Of a DNA stretch of 44,195 nt, positions 1 through 11,407 are shown in pieces. The stretch is from the IMG/VR virus record IMGVR_UViG_2541047814_000002; one strand, given 5' to 3'. Position 1 is the stretch's first letter. Every line of letters starts with the position of its first letter. The translations under genes and the position numbers were made by a program. The notes below the pieces were generated by a model that worked only from the letters and a program-made list of their open reading frames with translations, was not told where the DNA came from and made no database searches. This DNA is from a virus (lineage: Duplodnaviria; Heunggongvirae; Uroviricota; Caudoviricetes).

Positions 1-91
1 CACAACATCCGAGGACAGCAACACCCGATACTTTTTCCTGGCTTCCAGCAACGGGGTTTCTTCCTCCGTTGCATATACAGCTCACCTTTTT

Positions 92-385
92 TCACCCACG
101 ATTAACCAACAGCCAGACCAGCAGACACGCCACCACCGGCACAGCAAAATCCATCAGGCTTGCCACATCCCAAGCTCGCGGATCAAAACCGCCCCACCAC
201 GGCATATTCATTCGCTTGCCATGCCCGAACATTTCAATCCAGCGATATTCTGCCTGGGTATGTTCACGCGCAATGAAGAACGTACAACCGGCTATCGCTC
301 CGTAAGCCCAGTTTCCGGTAAAAAGACCAACCAGTATCTGCGCAGCCACAGCACAAAGCGCATGAAGTAAGGGGCTTATATCCAT
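92..385 (-). CDS. hypothetical small membrane protein (97 aa) downstream of the tail fiber gene
   Basis: ORF with hydrophobic N- and C-terminal segments; start is 12 nt downstream of the stop of the preceding minus-strand ORF; no recognisable homology. Confidence 0.3.
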   Translation of the reverse strand: MDISPLLHALCAVAAQILVGLFTGNWAYGAIAGCTFFIAREHTQAEYRWIEMFGHGKRMNMPWWGGFDPRAWDVASLMDFAVPVVACLLVWLLVNRG

Positions 386-397
386 TATTTCCTCCTT

Positions 398-676
398 TCA
401 GCTCCATTCCCGAAGCGGTGTTTCCAGCTCCACGACATAATCAGAGAATACAGAAACATCAAACAAGTCATCAAGAATGCGAATGTTGACAAAATAACCG
501 TCATTCCGGACACAGACAGGTTCTCCCTCTTCTGTTACCCCTGTTTCTGTGTAGGTGAAACCAATTTCATCGACTAACAGTTTATTCTGGAGGTCTTCAT
601 CCTCCTCCCAGTCAAGAGATGACAGGAAGGCCTTAAACTGCAGTTTGTCATGAAACTTCAAAGTTAAATCTTTCAT
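398..676 (-). CDS. hypothetical acidic protein (92 aa), translationally coupled to the tail fiber gene
   Basis: Start codon overlaps the stf stop (673..676); occupies the position where lambda has tfa but is much shorter and unrecognised. Confidence 0.35.
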   Translation of the reverse strand: MKDLTLKFHDKLQFKAFLSSLDWEEDEDLQNKLLVDEIGFTYTETGVTEEGEPVCVRNDGYFVNIRILDDLFDVSVFSDYVVELETPLREWS

Positions 677-2733
677 ACGACCTCTTTTAATTGCCTGTCA
701 TTTAATTCTTTATGCCATATGCGGAAATTGCGAATATGGCCAAACAGATGTCGTTCTCCAGTATTCGTCTGCCCTCCAAATCGGATATTTTTATCAGCGG
801 TCACACCATTATATTCACAATAAACTTCATTAACCGCTTTACCATTTGTCACCACATGAAAGTGACCATCAGCTTTTGCAATACATCCAAATGTGGTTTT
901 CTCTGCAAATACATCTGTCGCTGCGCTATTAACATACAAGCCTGAAGGGTTTGACAGACTCATATATAACTTACCACTACCTCTGTTGATTGCTGCAATT
1001 GCTGATTGCCCGGTATTGGCTGCTGCTATATCCCACACGCGGGGTGCGGCGTTTGGTGCAATATCCCAGTTTTTATGAATCTCAAGTAAAAAAGTAAATG
1101 GTAACTTATAAAGATTATTTCTGGTGGGGATACTAACCAAATCACTGGCTCTTGTCGTTGCGCTGCCTCCTGAAATAATAAATGATGATACACACGGCCC
1201 ATTCTCTACTTGTGGGGTGGCAAGATAAATATAGTCACCAGATACTGTTGCCCCACCCCGCTCAGGAGAATACTGTATCTGAGAGCCTATTTTTAACTCA
1301 CCATCAATTGCCTGAATCGTTGCCTCTGCAAAAATCCAGCCTGTGGTCTTATCCTTCCTGACTCGTGCCGTAATTCTGCCGGCAGCCCCACCTGTCATAT
1401 TAATTTCAAGCGTTTGCGTATCAATGTACGCATCGCCAAGAAAAGTTGTTGCACTACCATCATACTTATCAAACCGTATACGTAACCTTACCTGTCGTTC
1501 TGTTTTAAAACGGCATGAGGTTGTCACGTACTTGTTATCGCCTGAGACATCAACTGACTTTGTTGCAGCAATTGATGCCATATTAATAGCCGAAGTTTGC
1601 CCAACCAGAGAATCGTTGCAGACAAACTTTCCATAAGTAAAACCAAAACTATCTGTCCCGGTTTCGGGCACATCCATGTTTGATGACTTCCCCCAGCTGG
1701 CTGGACTTTCCGAATTGAGCATGTAGTTCGTTCTTTGTCCCTCAATAAGCAGGCCATCACACTCAAATCGCGGCTCATTAATTTCCGCCGTTTTCAGTTC
1801 GCCAGATTTGTTGATATATGTTGCCGTTGATGCGCGACTGAAATTAACCTGTTTATCACTGGCGACCTGAACCACATCGTCACCAATAGCTATTTTTTTA
1901 TAGCCCGGAGAAAAACCCGCAATCATATCCAGTGAATCGTTAAACGGTATCCACACATCAGGCAGCGGCGGCACTATATTCGCATAGGGCTCTGCAGTCA
2001 CTTCCGCTGCGACTTCTGCGCGGTCTGCCGCCTTTTCAGCCCGTGTCGCTGCCGACAGAGCCTCATCCTTTTTCTGCCCGGCCTTTGTTGCGTCTGCTGC
2101 GGCCTCCCGCGCTTTTGTGGTGGCGACTCCGGCATTTTCAGCGGCTGACTCTGCATTACGGCGGGAAGCCTCTTCACTGTCTGCGGAGGCTTCTTCTGAC
2201 GCACGGGCATTTGTCTCTGAACGTTCTGCCGCTGTTGCTGCGTTTTGTGCGGCTGTTTTTGAAGAAGCTGCCGCTTTCGCGCTGTTACCTGCATTCGTCT
2301 CTGATGTTTTCGCCGCATTCCTGGACGATGCCGCTGCTGTTTCTGATTTCTTTGCTGCCGCTGCGCTCTGAGAGGCGGCTTCAGCGTTGCGTGCCACCTC
2401 TTCCACCATCTTTTCAAAACGATACAGTGCCTCCGGACGAACATCATCTTCTGTTGCAGCGCCCAGAAAATCATTCAATGTCCCCGGCTTAGAATCCTCA
2501 TACACGGTGATGGCCCCGGCATGTGAAGGCGGAAAACCTTCAACCAGCAGGATAACGCTGTACTGGCCATACTCGACATCCATGCTGTAACGTCCGGCTT
2601 CATCCGGATTTTCTGAGGCCACCGTGTTCACCACAACCGTGGTGCTGTTACGTTTTGCTTTGAGCTGAATGGTGCAGTTCTGTATCGGTTTTCCTGCACC
2701 GTCTTTCAGCACGCCTGAAATCTGTACTGCCAT
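673..2733 (-). CDS. stf: side tail fiber protein (Stf-like) with lambda Stf-type N-terminus, Ala/Ser-rich coiled-coil stalk and divergent C-terminal domain
   Basis: N-terminus MAVQISGVLKDGAGKPIQNCTIQLKAKRNSTTVVVNTV...GRYSMDVEYGQYSVIL matches remembered lambda Stf N-terminal domain; long low-complexity Ala-rich region; ATG at 2731..2733 (ORF track extends to a GTG at 2739). Confidence 0.8.
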   Translation of the reverse strand: MAVQISGVLKDGAGKPIQNCTIQLKAKRNSTTVVVNTVASENPDEAGRYSMDVEYGQYSVILLVEGFPPSHAGAITVYEDSKPGTLNDFLGAATEDDVRPEALYRFEKMVEEVARNAEAASQSAAAAKKSETAAASSRNAAKTSETNAGNSAKAAASSKTAAQNAATAAERSETNARASEEASADSEEASRRNAESAAENAGVATTKAREAAADATKAGQKKDEALSAATRAEKAADRAEVAAEVTAEPYANIVPPLPDVWIPFNDSLDMIAGFSPGYKKIAIGDDVVQVASDKQVNFSRASTATYINKSGELKTAEINEPRFECDGLLIEGQRTNYMLNSESPASWGKSSNMDVPETGTDSFGFTYGKFVCNDSLVGQTSAINMASIAATKSVDVSGDNKYVTTSCRFKTERQVRLRIRFDKYDGSATTFLGDAYIDTQTLEINMTGGAAGRITARVRKDKTTGWIFAEATIQAIDGELKIGSQIQYSPERGGATVSGDYIYLATPQVENGPCVSSFIISGGSATTRASDLVSIPTRNNLYKLPFTFLLEIHKNWDIAPNAAPRVWDIAAANTGQSAIAAINRGSGKLYMSLSNPSGLYVNSAATDVFAEKTTFGCIAKADGHFHVVTNGKAVNEVYCEYNGVTADKNIRFGGQTNTGERHLFGHIRNFRIWHKELNDRQLKEVV

Positions 2734-2743
2734 ATTCACTCCA

Positions 2744-2773
2744 CAAATAAAAAAGGCGCCATTTCTGGCGCCC
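2744..2773 (-). terminator. intrinsic terminator between J and stf
   Basis: Minus-strand hairpin GGCGCC-AGAAAT-GGCGCC (2755..2772) followed by TTTTTTATTT. Confidence 0.45.
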
Positions 2774-2791
2774 GTATCTGGGTTATAAAAT

Positions 2792-5700
2792 TCAACTGAT
2801 ACTGATACCGGCTGTAGATTTCTTCATCACAACAACAAGAAGGTCGCTGATACTGGTCGTTGGCGTCCAGTTATTAGCACCATATGAAGAAACATTGAAA
2901 GTCAGGGTGACATGGCCGTGTCCGGCAGGCATATCAATGACTGATGAAAATACCCTGCTGACATCCGTCGCGGGTTGCTGAAAGATTTCCTGTCCGTTCT
3001 TCAGTACCTGCAGCTTACAGGTTGAATACCAGTATGACTGTTGGTTGTTGCTGTTGAAGTTTTCATGCTTACCCCCACGAAACAGAACGGGGGGGACTAC
3101 TATCTGACGGTCAAAAGCCTGGTCATCGTACACAGTGACCGTTATTGTACCGCTGGCATAACTGCCATTTCTCGGAAAGGCTTTTCCCACCGTTTTGACA
3201 ATATCACCTTCAATCTGGTTAGCTGACAGTTTTCCCAGAATCCGACAGTTCTGATTAATCGTGACGTTGTTGAGCGTCCCGGAGTTCGCGTTCACGTTAC
3301 CGCTGATATCCGCATTTTTCGCAGAAAGTCGACCATCAGGTGTCAGTGAAAACGTTGGGGGATTGCCACCGCTGGTAATGGTGGGAGCCGTCAGATATTT
3401 CAGGAACACTTCGTTCATGAATATCTGATCGCCCTGCCCAACAAACATCGGCTTTGTGTTGCCATTCGCAGGATTAATCATCGCAATCCTGTCCGCCGCC
3501 AGCAGCACCTGACTCTGCATACCGTCAGGAGTATTCTCAACACCGGCACCAATACCCGCGATATAAAGGCGTCCGTCCTGCATCTGCTGCAGCTTCACAG
3601 CCCACATGCTGTTCAGGTTATTATTTGTATCAACCTGAACCTTCTGTATCTGCTGGATCGCTGCACTCTGGTCTTCCAGTTTCTTATTGACGGTCTGCGT
3701 GATTTCATTGCTGACACCCGTAATGGACGTCCTGATTTCAGCCAGGTCAGGCGCAAGCTGACCGTTATCAATCTGCGTCCACAACTCCTGAGCCAGATGG
3801 GTTTTCCCTATCTCTCCTTTGAAAAAATTCAGATAGCCGGATGCATCATCACTCGGCTGGCCAACAGCCTCCACAAATGCCGATTTGCCAACGGTGTTCA
3901 CACTGCGGATGTAAAAATAATAATCATGGCCCGGTTTGATATTGATACTGGCGGCTATCCAGTACAGCGCCGTGCCAAGATAGCGTGCTGTGGTTTCAAC
4001 CTGCCTGATATCCGCAATCCGCTTTTCCGAGAACCAGAACTCAAACTGTACCGTCGGATCATAAACCGCAAGATGCGGCGTGGCGGTTATCTGAAAATAC
4101 CCCGGTGTCAGCTCAATCTGCGACGGCGCTGCCGGTGCGGCAATCCGGAACGATACCGATGCCGGATCGCCCTGCTGCCCCCACGCATTTACCGCCCGGA
4201 CTGTCAGCCTGTAGTTCCCCAGCGCCAGTTGCCTGAAGCGGTATGTGGTTTCCGTCGTCCGGGCCGTGCTGACCAGCCGCTCACTGCCGTCATCCGCTGC
4301 CACGGTCAGGCGAAGCATAAAGCTCACCCCCTTCACCACCTTCGGCGTGTCCCAGCGCGCCAGCACCTGATATTCCCCGCTGTCTGCGGTGACTTCGGCA
4401 GTCAGGTGCTGCACCGCTGGCGGCGTGACACCATTCACCGTGCCGCTCTGGTCGCCGTCAAAGTGCGCCCCGTTATCCACGATGGCCTCTTTTTCCGGTA
4501 CATGCTGCACGGCAGTGATGGCATACGTGCCGTCATCGTTCTCACGGATACTCACACAGCGGAACAGGCGCTGGCGCAACGTTGGCAACTTCAGCCCCCA
4601 CACGCTGTATTCTGCAACGCCGTCAGGAACACGGCTCACTTTTACCTTCACGCCGTCGGTGACGGACTGGACCTCCACGCTGACCGGATTCCCCTGTCCG
4701 TCAGCCAGGCTTATCAGCGTGGTGCCGGAGGATGGCAGCGTGATTTCACGGTCGAGCGTCAGTGTCCGCGTCTGGTTGTTCACCGCCAGCACGCGCCCGC
4801 CGATGCTGATCCCCGCATAGTCATCATCACAGATTTCAATGACATCGCCCGGTACATGGCGAAGCCCTTCTGCACCCACGCTGAAGTCCACGGTCTGCGT
4901 TTCCAGCAGCTCCGTTTTAATCAGCCACAGCCCGGCGCGGTGTGCCTGCCCCCGGCTGGTACAGCCAAAGGCATCCATCTTCGTGACGTTACGACCGTAA
5001 CGGGCAATGGCCTGCGTGTCCTCCACAAGCTCTGTCGCCGTCTCCCAGCCGTTATCCGGGTCAATCCAGTTCACCTCAACGGCATTATGGCGGTCTTTCA
5101 GGGCGCTGAAGCTGTAGCGGAACGGCGCGCCATCATCCGGCATCACCACATTACTGCGGTTATAGGTCCACACCTTATCCGACGGTCGGTCCTGCACGAA
5201 TGTCAGCGTCTGCCCGTTCCATACCGGCATACAGCGCATCGCCGAGCAAAAATCACTGAGCACATCCCACGCCTTGCGCTGTGTGGTCAGGTACGCATTA
5301 CAGGTGATGCGCGGCTCCGTGCCGCCAAAGCCGTCCGGCACTGACTGGTCGCAATTCTGGCCGATGACATACAGCGCCCATTTATCCACATCTGCCGCAC
5401 CAAGACGTTTCCCCATGCCGTAGCGCGGATGGGTCAGCATATCCCACAGACACCAGGCCATGTTGTTGCTGTATGCTGGCTTAAACGTTCCGTCCCAGAT
5501 ACCGCTGTATTGCCGCGTCTGCGGGTTATAGTTCGACGGCACCTGCAGAATGCGCCCGCGAAGATGATAATTACGGCTCACCTGCTGGCTGCCGAACTGC
5601 TCCGAGTCCACCTGTACGCCGACCAGTGCCGTGTTCGGGTAGCACTGTTTCACATCGATGATTTCGGTGTATGACGACCAGAGCGTTTTGTTCTGCAACT

Positions 5701-6274
5701 GGTCTGTGGTGCTGTCCGGCGTCATCCTGCGCATCCGGATATTAAACGGGCGCGGCGGCAGGTTATCCACCACCACCGAGGCCAGATACTGCGACGTGGT
5801 TTTGCCCTTAATGGTGATGTCTTTTTCCGTCACCCAGCCACCGTTACGTTGAATCTGAACCAGCAGGCGGACTTCCGATGGATTCCTGTCCCCCTTTGAG
5901 GTGGTTTCCACCAGTGCCTGCACGCCGAAAGTAAAACGCAGACGGTCAATGTTTGCCGACGTGATGGTCCGGGTGATCGGCGTGTCATATTTCACTTCTG
6001 TACCGAGCACCGTCTCGGAGCCGGAGGATTCAAATCCCTCCGGCGGAGTCTGCTCCTGCTCACCGGCCCGGAACACCACCGTGACGCCGAATATATTGGT
6101 ATTCCCCTCACTGTCCAGCACCGGCGTACTGTTCAGCAGCACGCTTTTTAATCCATCCACCGGACCTTCAACCGGCCCTTCGCTGATGGCGTCTATCACG
6201 CTCAGCATCTGGGATGATTTCAGGTTGTCCTTCGCTTCGCGCGGGGTATGCCCCTTACTGCTGCCTTTACCCAT
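2792..6274 (-). CDS. J: tail tip host-specificity protein J
   Basis: 1160-aa ORF; N-terminus [20 protein letters not shown] and most of the length match remembered lambda J; C-terminal receptor-binding region diverges. Confidence 0.95.
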   Translation of the reverse strand: MGKGSSKGHTPREAKDNLKSSQMLSVIDAISEGPVEGPVDGLKSVLLNSTPVLDSEGNTNIFGVTVVFRAGEQEQTPPEGFESSGSETVLGTEVKYDTPITRTITSANIDRLRFTFGVQALVETTSKGDRNPSEVRLLVQIQRNGGWVTEKDITIKGKTTSQYLASVVVDNLPPRPFNIRMRRMTPDSTTDQLQNKTLWSSYTEIIDVKQCYPNTALVGVQVDSEQFGSQQVSRNYHLRGRILQVPSNYNPQTRQYSGIWDGTFKPAYSNNMAWCLWDMLTHPRYGMGKRLGAADVDKWALYVIGQNCDQSVPDGFGGTEPRITCNAYLTTQRKAWDVLSDFCSAMRCMPVWNGQTLTFVQDRPSDKVWTYNRSNVVMPDDGAPFRYSFSALKDRHNAVEVNWIDPDNGWETATELVEDTQAIARYGRNVTKMDAFGCTSRGQAHRAGLWLIKTELLETQTVDFSVGAEGLRHVPGDVIEICDDDYAGISIGGRVLAVNNQTRTLTLDREITLPSSGTTLISLADGQGNPVSVEVQSVTDGVKVKVSRVPDGVAEYSVWGLKLPTLRQRLFRCVSIRENDDGTYAITAVQHVPEKEAIVDNGAHFDGDQSGTVNGVTPPAVQHLTAEVTADSGEYQVLARWDTPKVVKGVSFMLRLTVAADDGSERLVSTARTTETTYRFRQLALGNYRLTVRAVNAWGQQGDPASVSFRIAAPAAPSQIELTPGYFQITATPHLAVYDPTVQFEFWFSEKRIADIRQVETTARYLGTALYWIAASINIKPGHDYYFYIRSVNTVGKSAFVEAVGQPSDDASGYLNFFKGEIGKTHLAQELWTQIDNGQLAPDLAEIRTSITGVSNEITQTVNKKLEDQSAAIQQIQKVQVDTNNNLNSMWAVKLQQMQDGRLYIAGIGAGVENTPDGMQSQVLLAADRIAMINPANGNTKPMFVGQGDQIFMNEVFLKYLTAPTITSGGNPPTFSLTPDGRLSAKNADISGNVNANSGTLNNVTINQNCRILGKLSANQIEGDIVKTVGKAFPRNGSYASGTITVTVYDDQAFDRQIVVPPVLFRGGKHENFNSNNQQSYWYSTCKLQVLKNGQEIFQQPATDVSRVFSSVIDMPAGHGHVTLTFNVSSYGANNWTPTTSISDLLVVVMKKSTAGISIS

Positions 6275-6334
6275 TCCTCATGCTCCATAAACGATAAAAC
6301 CGCCCGGAGGCGGTTTCACATAAAACATTTTGCA

Positions 6335-7006
6335 TCAGCGACCAATCACCACAACCTGACCACCATCCCCTTCGTCTGCCGTGCTGATCTCCTGAGAAAC
6401 CACGCGTGACCCCACGCGCATTTCACCGTACAGAACCGGCAGAACATTGCCCTGGGCAACCATGTTATCCAGTGAGGAGAAATAGGTGTTCTGTTTGCCG
6501 TTATCCGTTGTCTGTGTACGGGGAGTTCTGGCTTTCGGTGCCAGCATCTGCGCCACACCACCGAGCACCATACTGGCACCGAGAGAAAACAGGATGCCGG
6601 TCATACCACCGGCCCCAATGGCTGCCCCCCATGCTGCAAGGGTGGCTCCGGCGGTAAAGAATGATCCGGCAATGGCGGCAGCCCCCAGGACAATCTGGAA
6701 TACGCCACCTGACTTGGCCCCGGCGACTCTGGGAACAATATGAATCACAGCGCCATCAGGCAGAGTCTCATGTAACTGCGCCGTTAACCCGGACGTGCTG
6801 ACGTCCCGCCCGGCAATCCGTACCTGATACCAGCCGTCGCTCAGTTTCTGACGAAACACCGGGAGCTGTGTGGCCAGTGCGCGGATGGCTTCAGCCCCCG
6901 TTTTCACACGAAGGTCGATGCGGCGGCCAAATCGTTGTAAATCCCCGTAAAGGCAGATGCGCGCCATGCCCGGTGACGCCAGAGGGAGTGTGTGCGTCGC
7001 TGCCAT
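6335..7006 (-). CDS. I: tail assembly protein I
   Basis: 223 aa, MAATHTLPLASPGMARICLYGDLQRFGRRIDL... matches lambda I. Confidence 0.9.
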   Translation of the reverse strand: MAATHTLPLASPGMARICLYGDLQRFGRRIDLRVKTGAEAIRALATQLPVFRQKLSDGWYQVRIAGRDVSTSGLTAQLHETLPDGAVIHIVPRVAGAKSGGVFQIVLGAAAIAGSFFTAGATLAAWGAAIGAGGMTGILFSLGASMVLGGVAQMLAPKARTPRTQTTDNGKQNTYFSSLDNMVAQGNVLPVLYGEMRVGSRVVSQEISTADEGDGGQVVVIGR

Positions 7007-7647
7007 TTGTCGGTATACCTCTCTCGTTTACTCAGTTGTTCAGGAATATGGTGCAGCAGCTCGCCGTCACCACAGTAAATAGCGGCATGATTCGGCACCG
7101 ATGAACCAAAGCAGCACAGCAGCACATCGCCCGGCTGCGCCGCTGACAACGGCACCTGATACAGCCCTGTGGCCTCCAGATTATCAAGATAGAGATTCTG
7201 GCCGTTACGCCACCAGTCATCCTCACGATGAAAGTCCGGCATCTCAATCCCCGCCAGATGGTAAGCGTCCCGGAACAGCGTGTAACAGTCCGTCACCCCG
7301 TGCTCAAAGCGCCGCCCGGTGAGATGCGGCACACAGCGGAACTTATGAATCGCCCCCCGGCAGACCAGCCACCACGGCAAATCACTCTGCACCTGCAGCC
7401 GCCGGTCGGCCTCACTCAGCCAGGGCAGACCACCGGGATGACTGTGGACCAGCGCCACAATCTCACCCTGCATCTCTGCCTGCAGCCAGTCCTCCGGAGC
7501 CATCCGGAAATACGCCTCCGGCTCACCGGAGATATTCACGCAGGGAAAATATCTTTCCCCCTCCGGCGCTCTCACCACGAAGCCGCACGACTCCGCTGGC
7601 GCACATCGCCGGGCATGCGCCAGAATCGCTGATTCTGTCTCTGTCAT
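6904..7647 (-). CDS. K: tail assembly protein K (NlpC/P60-type)
   Basis: MTETESAILAHARRCAPAESCGFVV... matches lambda K; overlaps I as in lambda. Confidence 0.9.
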   Translation of the reverse strand: MTETESAILAHARRCAPAESCGFVVRAPEGERYFPCVNISGEPEAYFRMAPEDWLQAEMQGEIVALVHSHPGGLPWLSEADRRLQVQSDLPWWLVCRGAIHKFRCVPHLTGRRFEHGVTDCYTLFRDAYHLAGIEMPDFHREDDWWRNGQNLYLDNLEATGLYQVPLSAAQPGDVLLCCFGSSVPNHAAIYCGDGELLHHIPEQLSKRERYTDKWQRRTHSLWRHRAWRASAFTGIYNDLAAASTFV

Positions 7648-7652
7648 GGGAT

Positions 7653-8351
7653 TTACTGCGAAAGTTTGTTAATGGAAAGGAAGCCGCCAAAGTTGCCGAC
7701 GTTATTGCGAAACTTACAGCCGCTCAGGCATTTGCTGCATTTATCCTTCGTGATATCGGAAGTCGGCTGATCATATTCATCCGCGACCGCCGGACCGTGA
7801 TAACCGCACTCATCACCGCGATAGGTCCAGGTGCAGGTATTAGCCAGCATGATGCGCCCCGGAAAAACGGCACCATCCGTTTCCGTCGGTGTGGACAGTA
7901 CAAAGGAGGCACTCACCGCGCTCAGTTCGCTGCACTGCTCGATGCGCCAGCGGCTGATCACCTCCTGCTCCGGATCGGCGTCGCTGTTTCCGTTGACGAA
8001 GTTCACCGCATCCAGAAAACGGGCGTAAACCTTACGCCTGACCACCGTTCCGCCGACCAGACTCTGCAGATCTTCCACCATCCCGGTGACCATACCGTAC
8101 AGGTTAGAAACCGTCAGCGTGGGGCGCGTACTGGTGCCTTTGCCATTCAGTTCAAAACTACTCCCCTGAATGGGATACGGCTGATACTGTCGCCCCTGCC
8201 AGGTGACCGGCTCACCTTTTTCGTTCTGCTCATTACAGAAAAAATAACGTTCTCCACCGACCTCTGTCAGATCGATTTCCCAGAGCACCACGCTGGCCGA
8301 CTGCTCCGCACGGGTGCATTCATTCAATGTTTCCTGCCGGATATCCTGCAT
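7653..8351 (-). CDS. L: minor tail protein L
   Basis: 232 aa, lambda L-like sequence with Cys cluster; gene order M-L-K-I-J. Confidence 0.9.
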   Translation of the reverse strand: MQDIRQETLNECTRAEQSASVVLWEIDLTEVGGERYFFCNEQNEKGEPVTWQGRQYQPYPIQGSSFELNGKGTSTRPTLTVSNLYGMVTGMVEDLQSLVGGTVVRRKVYARFLDAVNFVNGNSDADPEQEVISRWRIEQCSELSAVSASFVLSTPTETDGAVFPGRIMLANTCTWTYRGDECGYHGPAVADEYDQPTSDITKDKCSKCLSGCKFRNNVGNFGGFLSINKLSQ

Positions 8352-8680
8352 CAGTTCACCACCTGTTCAAACTCTGCGCTGAACTCAACACGCAGCATAC
8401 TGACCCGCGACGACCATTTTGCGCAGGTCACCTTTATCTGCCTGTAACCATAAGGCGGCGTCCACAGAAAGGCCTTCCAGCCCCCGTGCTCAGCCAGAAA
8501 CGACTCCAGCGCCGTGGCCTCCTCACGGGAGACAGACAGCGTCACGCTGTACGTTTTCAGGTCAGCGTTCAGCCCGGCAGGCGCACGCTGGGAATAGCCA
8601 TCACCAAAGCGCACCTCCCTGACGGAAGGAGCCGATGTCACATCCATCCCGGGTTTCACTTTCCAGCGGAAGGTTTTCAT
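8351..8680 (-). CDS. M: minor tail protein M
   Basis: 109 aa matching lambda M; stop overlaps L start. Confidence 0.9.
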   Translation of the reverse strand: MKTFRWKVKPGMDVTSAPSVREVRFGDGYSQRAPAGLNADLKTYSVTLSVSREEATALESFLAEHGGWKAFLWTPPYGYRQIKVTCAKWSSRVSMLRVEFSAEFEQVVN

Positions 8681-9813
8681 CGTCCACCTCCGGAGAACAG
8701 ACCACCATCGCGCATCTGTGCCTGGATTTCATCACGGGCACCCTTGCGGGCCATGTCATACACCGCCTTCATCATCTGTGGACCTGGCAGACCATTCGTA
8801 CCGTCGTTCTGAATCACCACGTTGTTGTTCTGCTCAAACCTGATACCCTCTGAACGCCGCATTTGCGCCGGACTTCCGGTGCCACCGACATAACCGCCGG
8901 TGGCATAGCCGCGCATCAGCCGGTAGAGATTTCCCACGCCAATCCGGCTGGTTGCCTCCTTCGTGAAGACAAATTCACCACGGTGAACAATCCCCGCTGG
9001 CTCATATTTGCCGCCGGTTCCCGTAAATCCTCCGGTTGCAAAATGGAGTTTCGCCGCAGCGGCCTGAATGGCTGTACCGCCTGACGCGGATGCGCCGCCA
9101 CCAACAGCCCCGCCAATAGCGCTGCCGATACTCCCGACAATCCCCACCATTGCCTGCTTAAGCAGAATTTCTGTCATCATGGACAGCACGGAACGGGTGA
9201 AGCTGCGCCAGTTCTGTTCACTGCCGGTCAGCATCGCCGCCATATTCTGCGCAATACCATCAAAGGTCTGCGTGGCAGCACTTTTAACCTGCGACATACT
9301 GTCCGTGGCACTCTCTTCCCACTCACTCCAGCCGGACTTCAGGCCTGCCATCCAGTTCCCGCGAAGCAGGTCTTCAGCCGCCCAGGTCTTTTTCTGCTCT
9401 GACATGACGTTATTCAGCGCCAGAGGATTATCGCCATACTGTTCCTTCAGGCGCTGTTCCGTGGCTTCCCGTTCTGCCTGCCGGTCAGTCAGCCCCCGGC
9501 TTTTCGCATCAATAGCGGCCCGTTTTGCCCGTTGCTGCTGTGCGAATTTATCCGCCTGCTGCGCCAGCGCGTTCAGGCGCTCCTGATACGTAACCTTGTC
9601 GCCAAGTGCAGCCAGCTGGCGTTTGTACTCCAGCGTCTCATCTTTATGCGCCAGCAGGGATTTCTCCTGTGCAGACAGCTGGCGACGTTGCGCCGCCTCC
9701 TCCAGTACCGCGAACTGACTCTCCGCCTTCCACAAATCCCGGCGCTGCTGGCTGATTTTCTCATTTGCTCCGGCATGCTTCTCCAGCGTCCGGAGTTCAG
9801 CCTGAAGCGTCAG
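8677..9813 (-). pseudogene. H: tail tape measure protein H, C-terminal fragment (gene split by IS insertion)
   Basis: Translation ...LTLQAELRTLEKHAGANEKISQQRRDLWKAESQFAVLEE... to GGLFSGGGR matches the C-terminal half of lambda H; frame is closed by a stop at the IS boundary (9814..9816). Confidence 0.9.
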
Positions 9814-9907
9814 CTATGAGACGACAATAACTCAGTCCGCCTGGCGCCGATTATTCTGGCCGGTTTTGTAACCTGAGTGTCATTTACATGATCCAACAGG
9901 AAATGGC

Positions 9908-11407
9908 GTGACGCTCAATACTTCTCAGGTCAGTTACTATATGACTCAGCGTAAGAAAGGTATAACTCAGCATATCTCGGCCATGAAGGCTGGTATCTCA
10001 GTCCGTTCTGGTCGTCGGATCGAAAAAGGAGAGTGGGCAAAAAACAGTGTTCGGCACTGGCGCACACGCAAAGATCCTCTGGAAGCTGTGTGGGACAGCA
10101 TGCTTGTTCCTCTGTTGAAAGAGAGGCCGGCTCTGACACCAACAACTCTGCTGGAGATGCTACAGGATAAATATCCCGGCCAGTACCCCAACAGCCTTCG
10201 AAGAACAATGCAACGGCGGGTCCGCGAATGGAAGCTACAGTATGGTGCAGAGCAGGAGGTCATGTTCCGCCAGCGACATCAGCCCGGTCTGCGAGGTCTG
10301 TCGGACTTTACTGAACTGAAAGGTGTAGTTGTCACCATCGCCGGTAAGTTGTTGGCGCATAAGTTGTATCACTTCCGTCTGGAATGGAGCCACTGGAGCT
10401 GGATGCGGGTTGTGCTGGGTGGTGAGAGCTTCTCTGCTCTGGCTGAAGGTCTGCAGGAAGCCCTCGGACAACTGGGCGGAGTGCCGGTAGAACATAAAAC
10501 GGACAGCCTGAGGGCAGCATGGAAACAACAGGGCGAAGATGGACGCCGCGAGCTGACTGAGCGTTATGCTGCTCTCTGTCAGCACTACGGAATGCAGGGC
10601 GTACACAATAATGCCGGTCGGGGCCACGAAAATGGCTCGGTTGAAAGTGCCCACGGACATCTGAAAAGGCGTATCTGTCAGGCGCTGATACTGCGGGGCA
10701 GTAACGACTTCAGCACCATAGAAGAATATCAGGCCTTCATCACTCAGCAGGTTATGCGGCACAACCGTAACAATCAGGATCTGGTCAAGGAAGAACGTCT
10801 TCATCTGAAACCGCTGCCGCTTCGTCGCAGTGCTGACTATGATGAGCTGACTGTGAGGGTTAGCCGCAGCAGTACCATCAATGTGAAGCACGTCGTCTAC
10901 AGCGTACCTTCCCGGCTTGTAGGTCAACTGTTACGGGTCCGGTTATGGGACGATCGTCTGAGCTGTTACGTTGGCAGCAGCGAGGTCATGAGCTGCCCAC
11001 GTGTCAGACCAGAAAAAGGGAAGACGCGGGCCCGTCGTATCGACTTCCGACATGTGATCGACAGTCTGGCAAAAAAGCCCGGTGCGTTCTGCCATGCAAC
11101 GCTGAGAAATGACATCCTGCCAGACGATGAATGGCGGAGGCTGTGGCGTCGCTTATGTAATCATCTGGAACCCGACATGGCAGGCAGGCTGATGGTACAT
11201 GCTCTGAAACTGGCTGCAGGATACGACGATATCTCAGTCGTGGCAAAAGGTATGGAGCAGATGCTGAATACCCCGGGAAACGTGGATCTGCACCGGCTGA
11301 TGCGCTTCCTGGGTATAAAGGAAAAGGCGTTGCCGGTAGTCAATGTGAAACAGCATAACCTGAGCAGTTATGAGCAACTACTGCGTGGCAAGGGAGGTTC
11401 GCAGTGA
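9908..11407 (+). CDS. istA: IS21-family transposase IstA
   Basis: 499-aa ORF with N-terminal HTH-like region and transposase-like core; followed by overlapping istB; exact start (GTG at 9908 or downstream ATG) uncertain. Confidence 0.8.
   Translation: MTLNTSQVSYYMTQRKKGITQHISAMKAGISVRSGRRIEKGEWAKNSVRHWRTRKDPLEAVWDSMLVPLLKERPALTPTTLLEMLQDKYPGQYPNSLRRTMQRRVREWKLQYGAEQEVMFRQRHQPGLRGLSDFTELKGVVVTIAGKLLAHKLYHFRLEWSHWSWMRVVLGGESFSALAEGLQEALGQLGGVPVEHKTDSLRAAWKQQGEDGRRELTERYAALCQHYGMQGVHNNAGRGHENGSVESAHGHLKRRICQALILRGSNDFSTIEEYQAFITQQVMRHNRNNQDLVKEERLHLKPLPLRRSADYDELTVRVSRSSTINVKHVVYSVPSRLVGQLLRVRLWDDRLSCYVGSSEVMSCPRVRPEKGKTRARRIDFRHVIDSLAKKPGAFCHATLRNDILPDDEWRRLWRRLCNHLEPDMAGRLMVHALKLAAGYDDISVVAKGMEQMLNTPGNVDLHRLMRFLGIKEKALPVVNVKQHNLSSYEQLLRGKGGSQ

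Noticed and set aside
1998-2590. Cluster of ORFs on both strands (158 aa, 149 aa, 84 aa, 67 aa)
   Set aside because: Generated by the low-complexity Ala/Ser-rich repeat stalk of the stf gene; highly biased composition; the true gene is the 688-aa minus-strand stf.
2740-2791. lom gene expected between J and stf
   Set aside because: Only a 52-bp intergenic hairpin is present; lom is absent in this prophage.
3797-5344. 515-aa plus-strand ORF
   Set aside because: Lies entirely antisense within J, whose minus-strand translation matches lambda J; Arg/His-rich composition typical of an antisense artefact.
7797-8447. 216-aa plus-strand ORF
   Set aside because: Antisense to L and M, whose minus-strand translations match lambda.
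10235-10927. 230-aa minus-strand ORF
   Set aside because: Antisense to istA, which has clear transposase character; no independent support.
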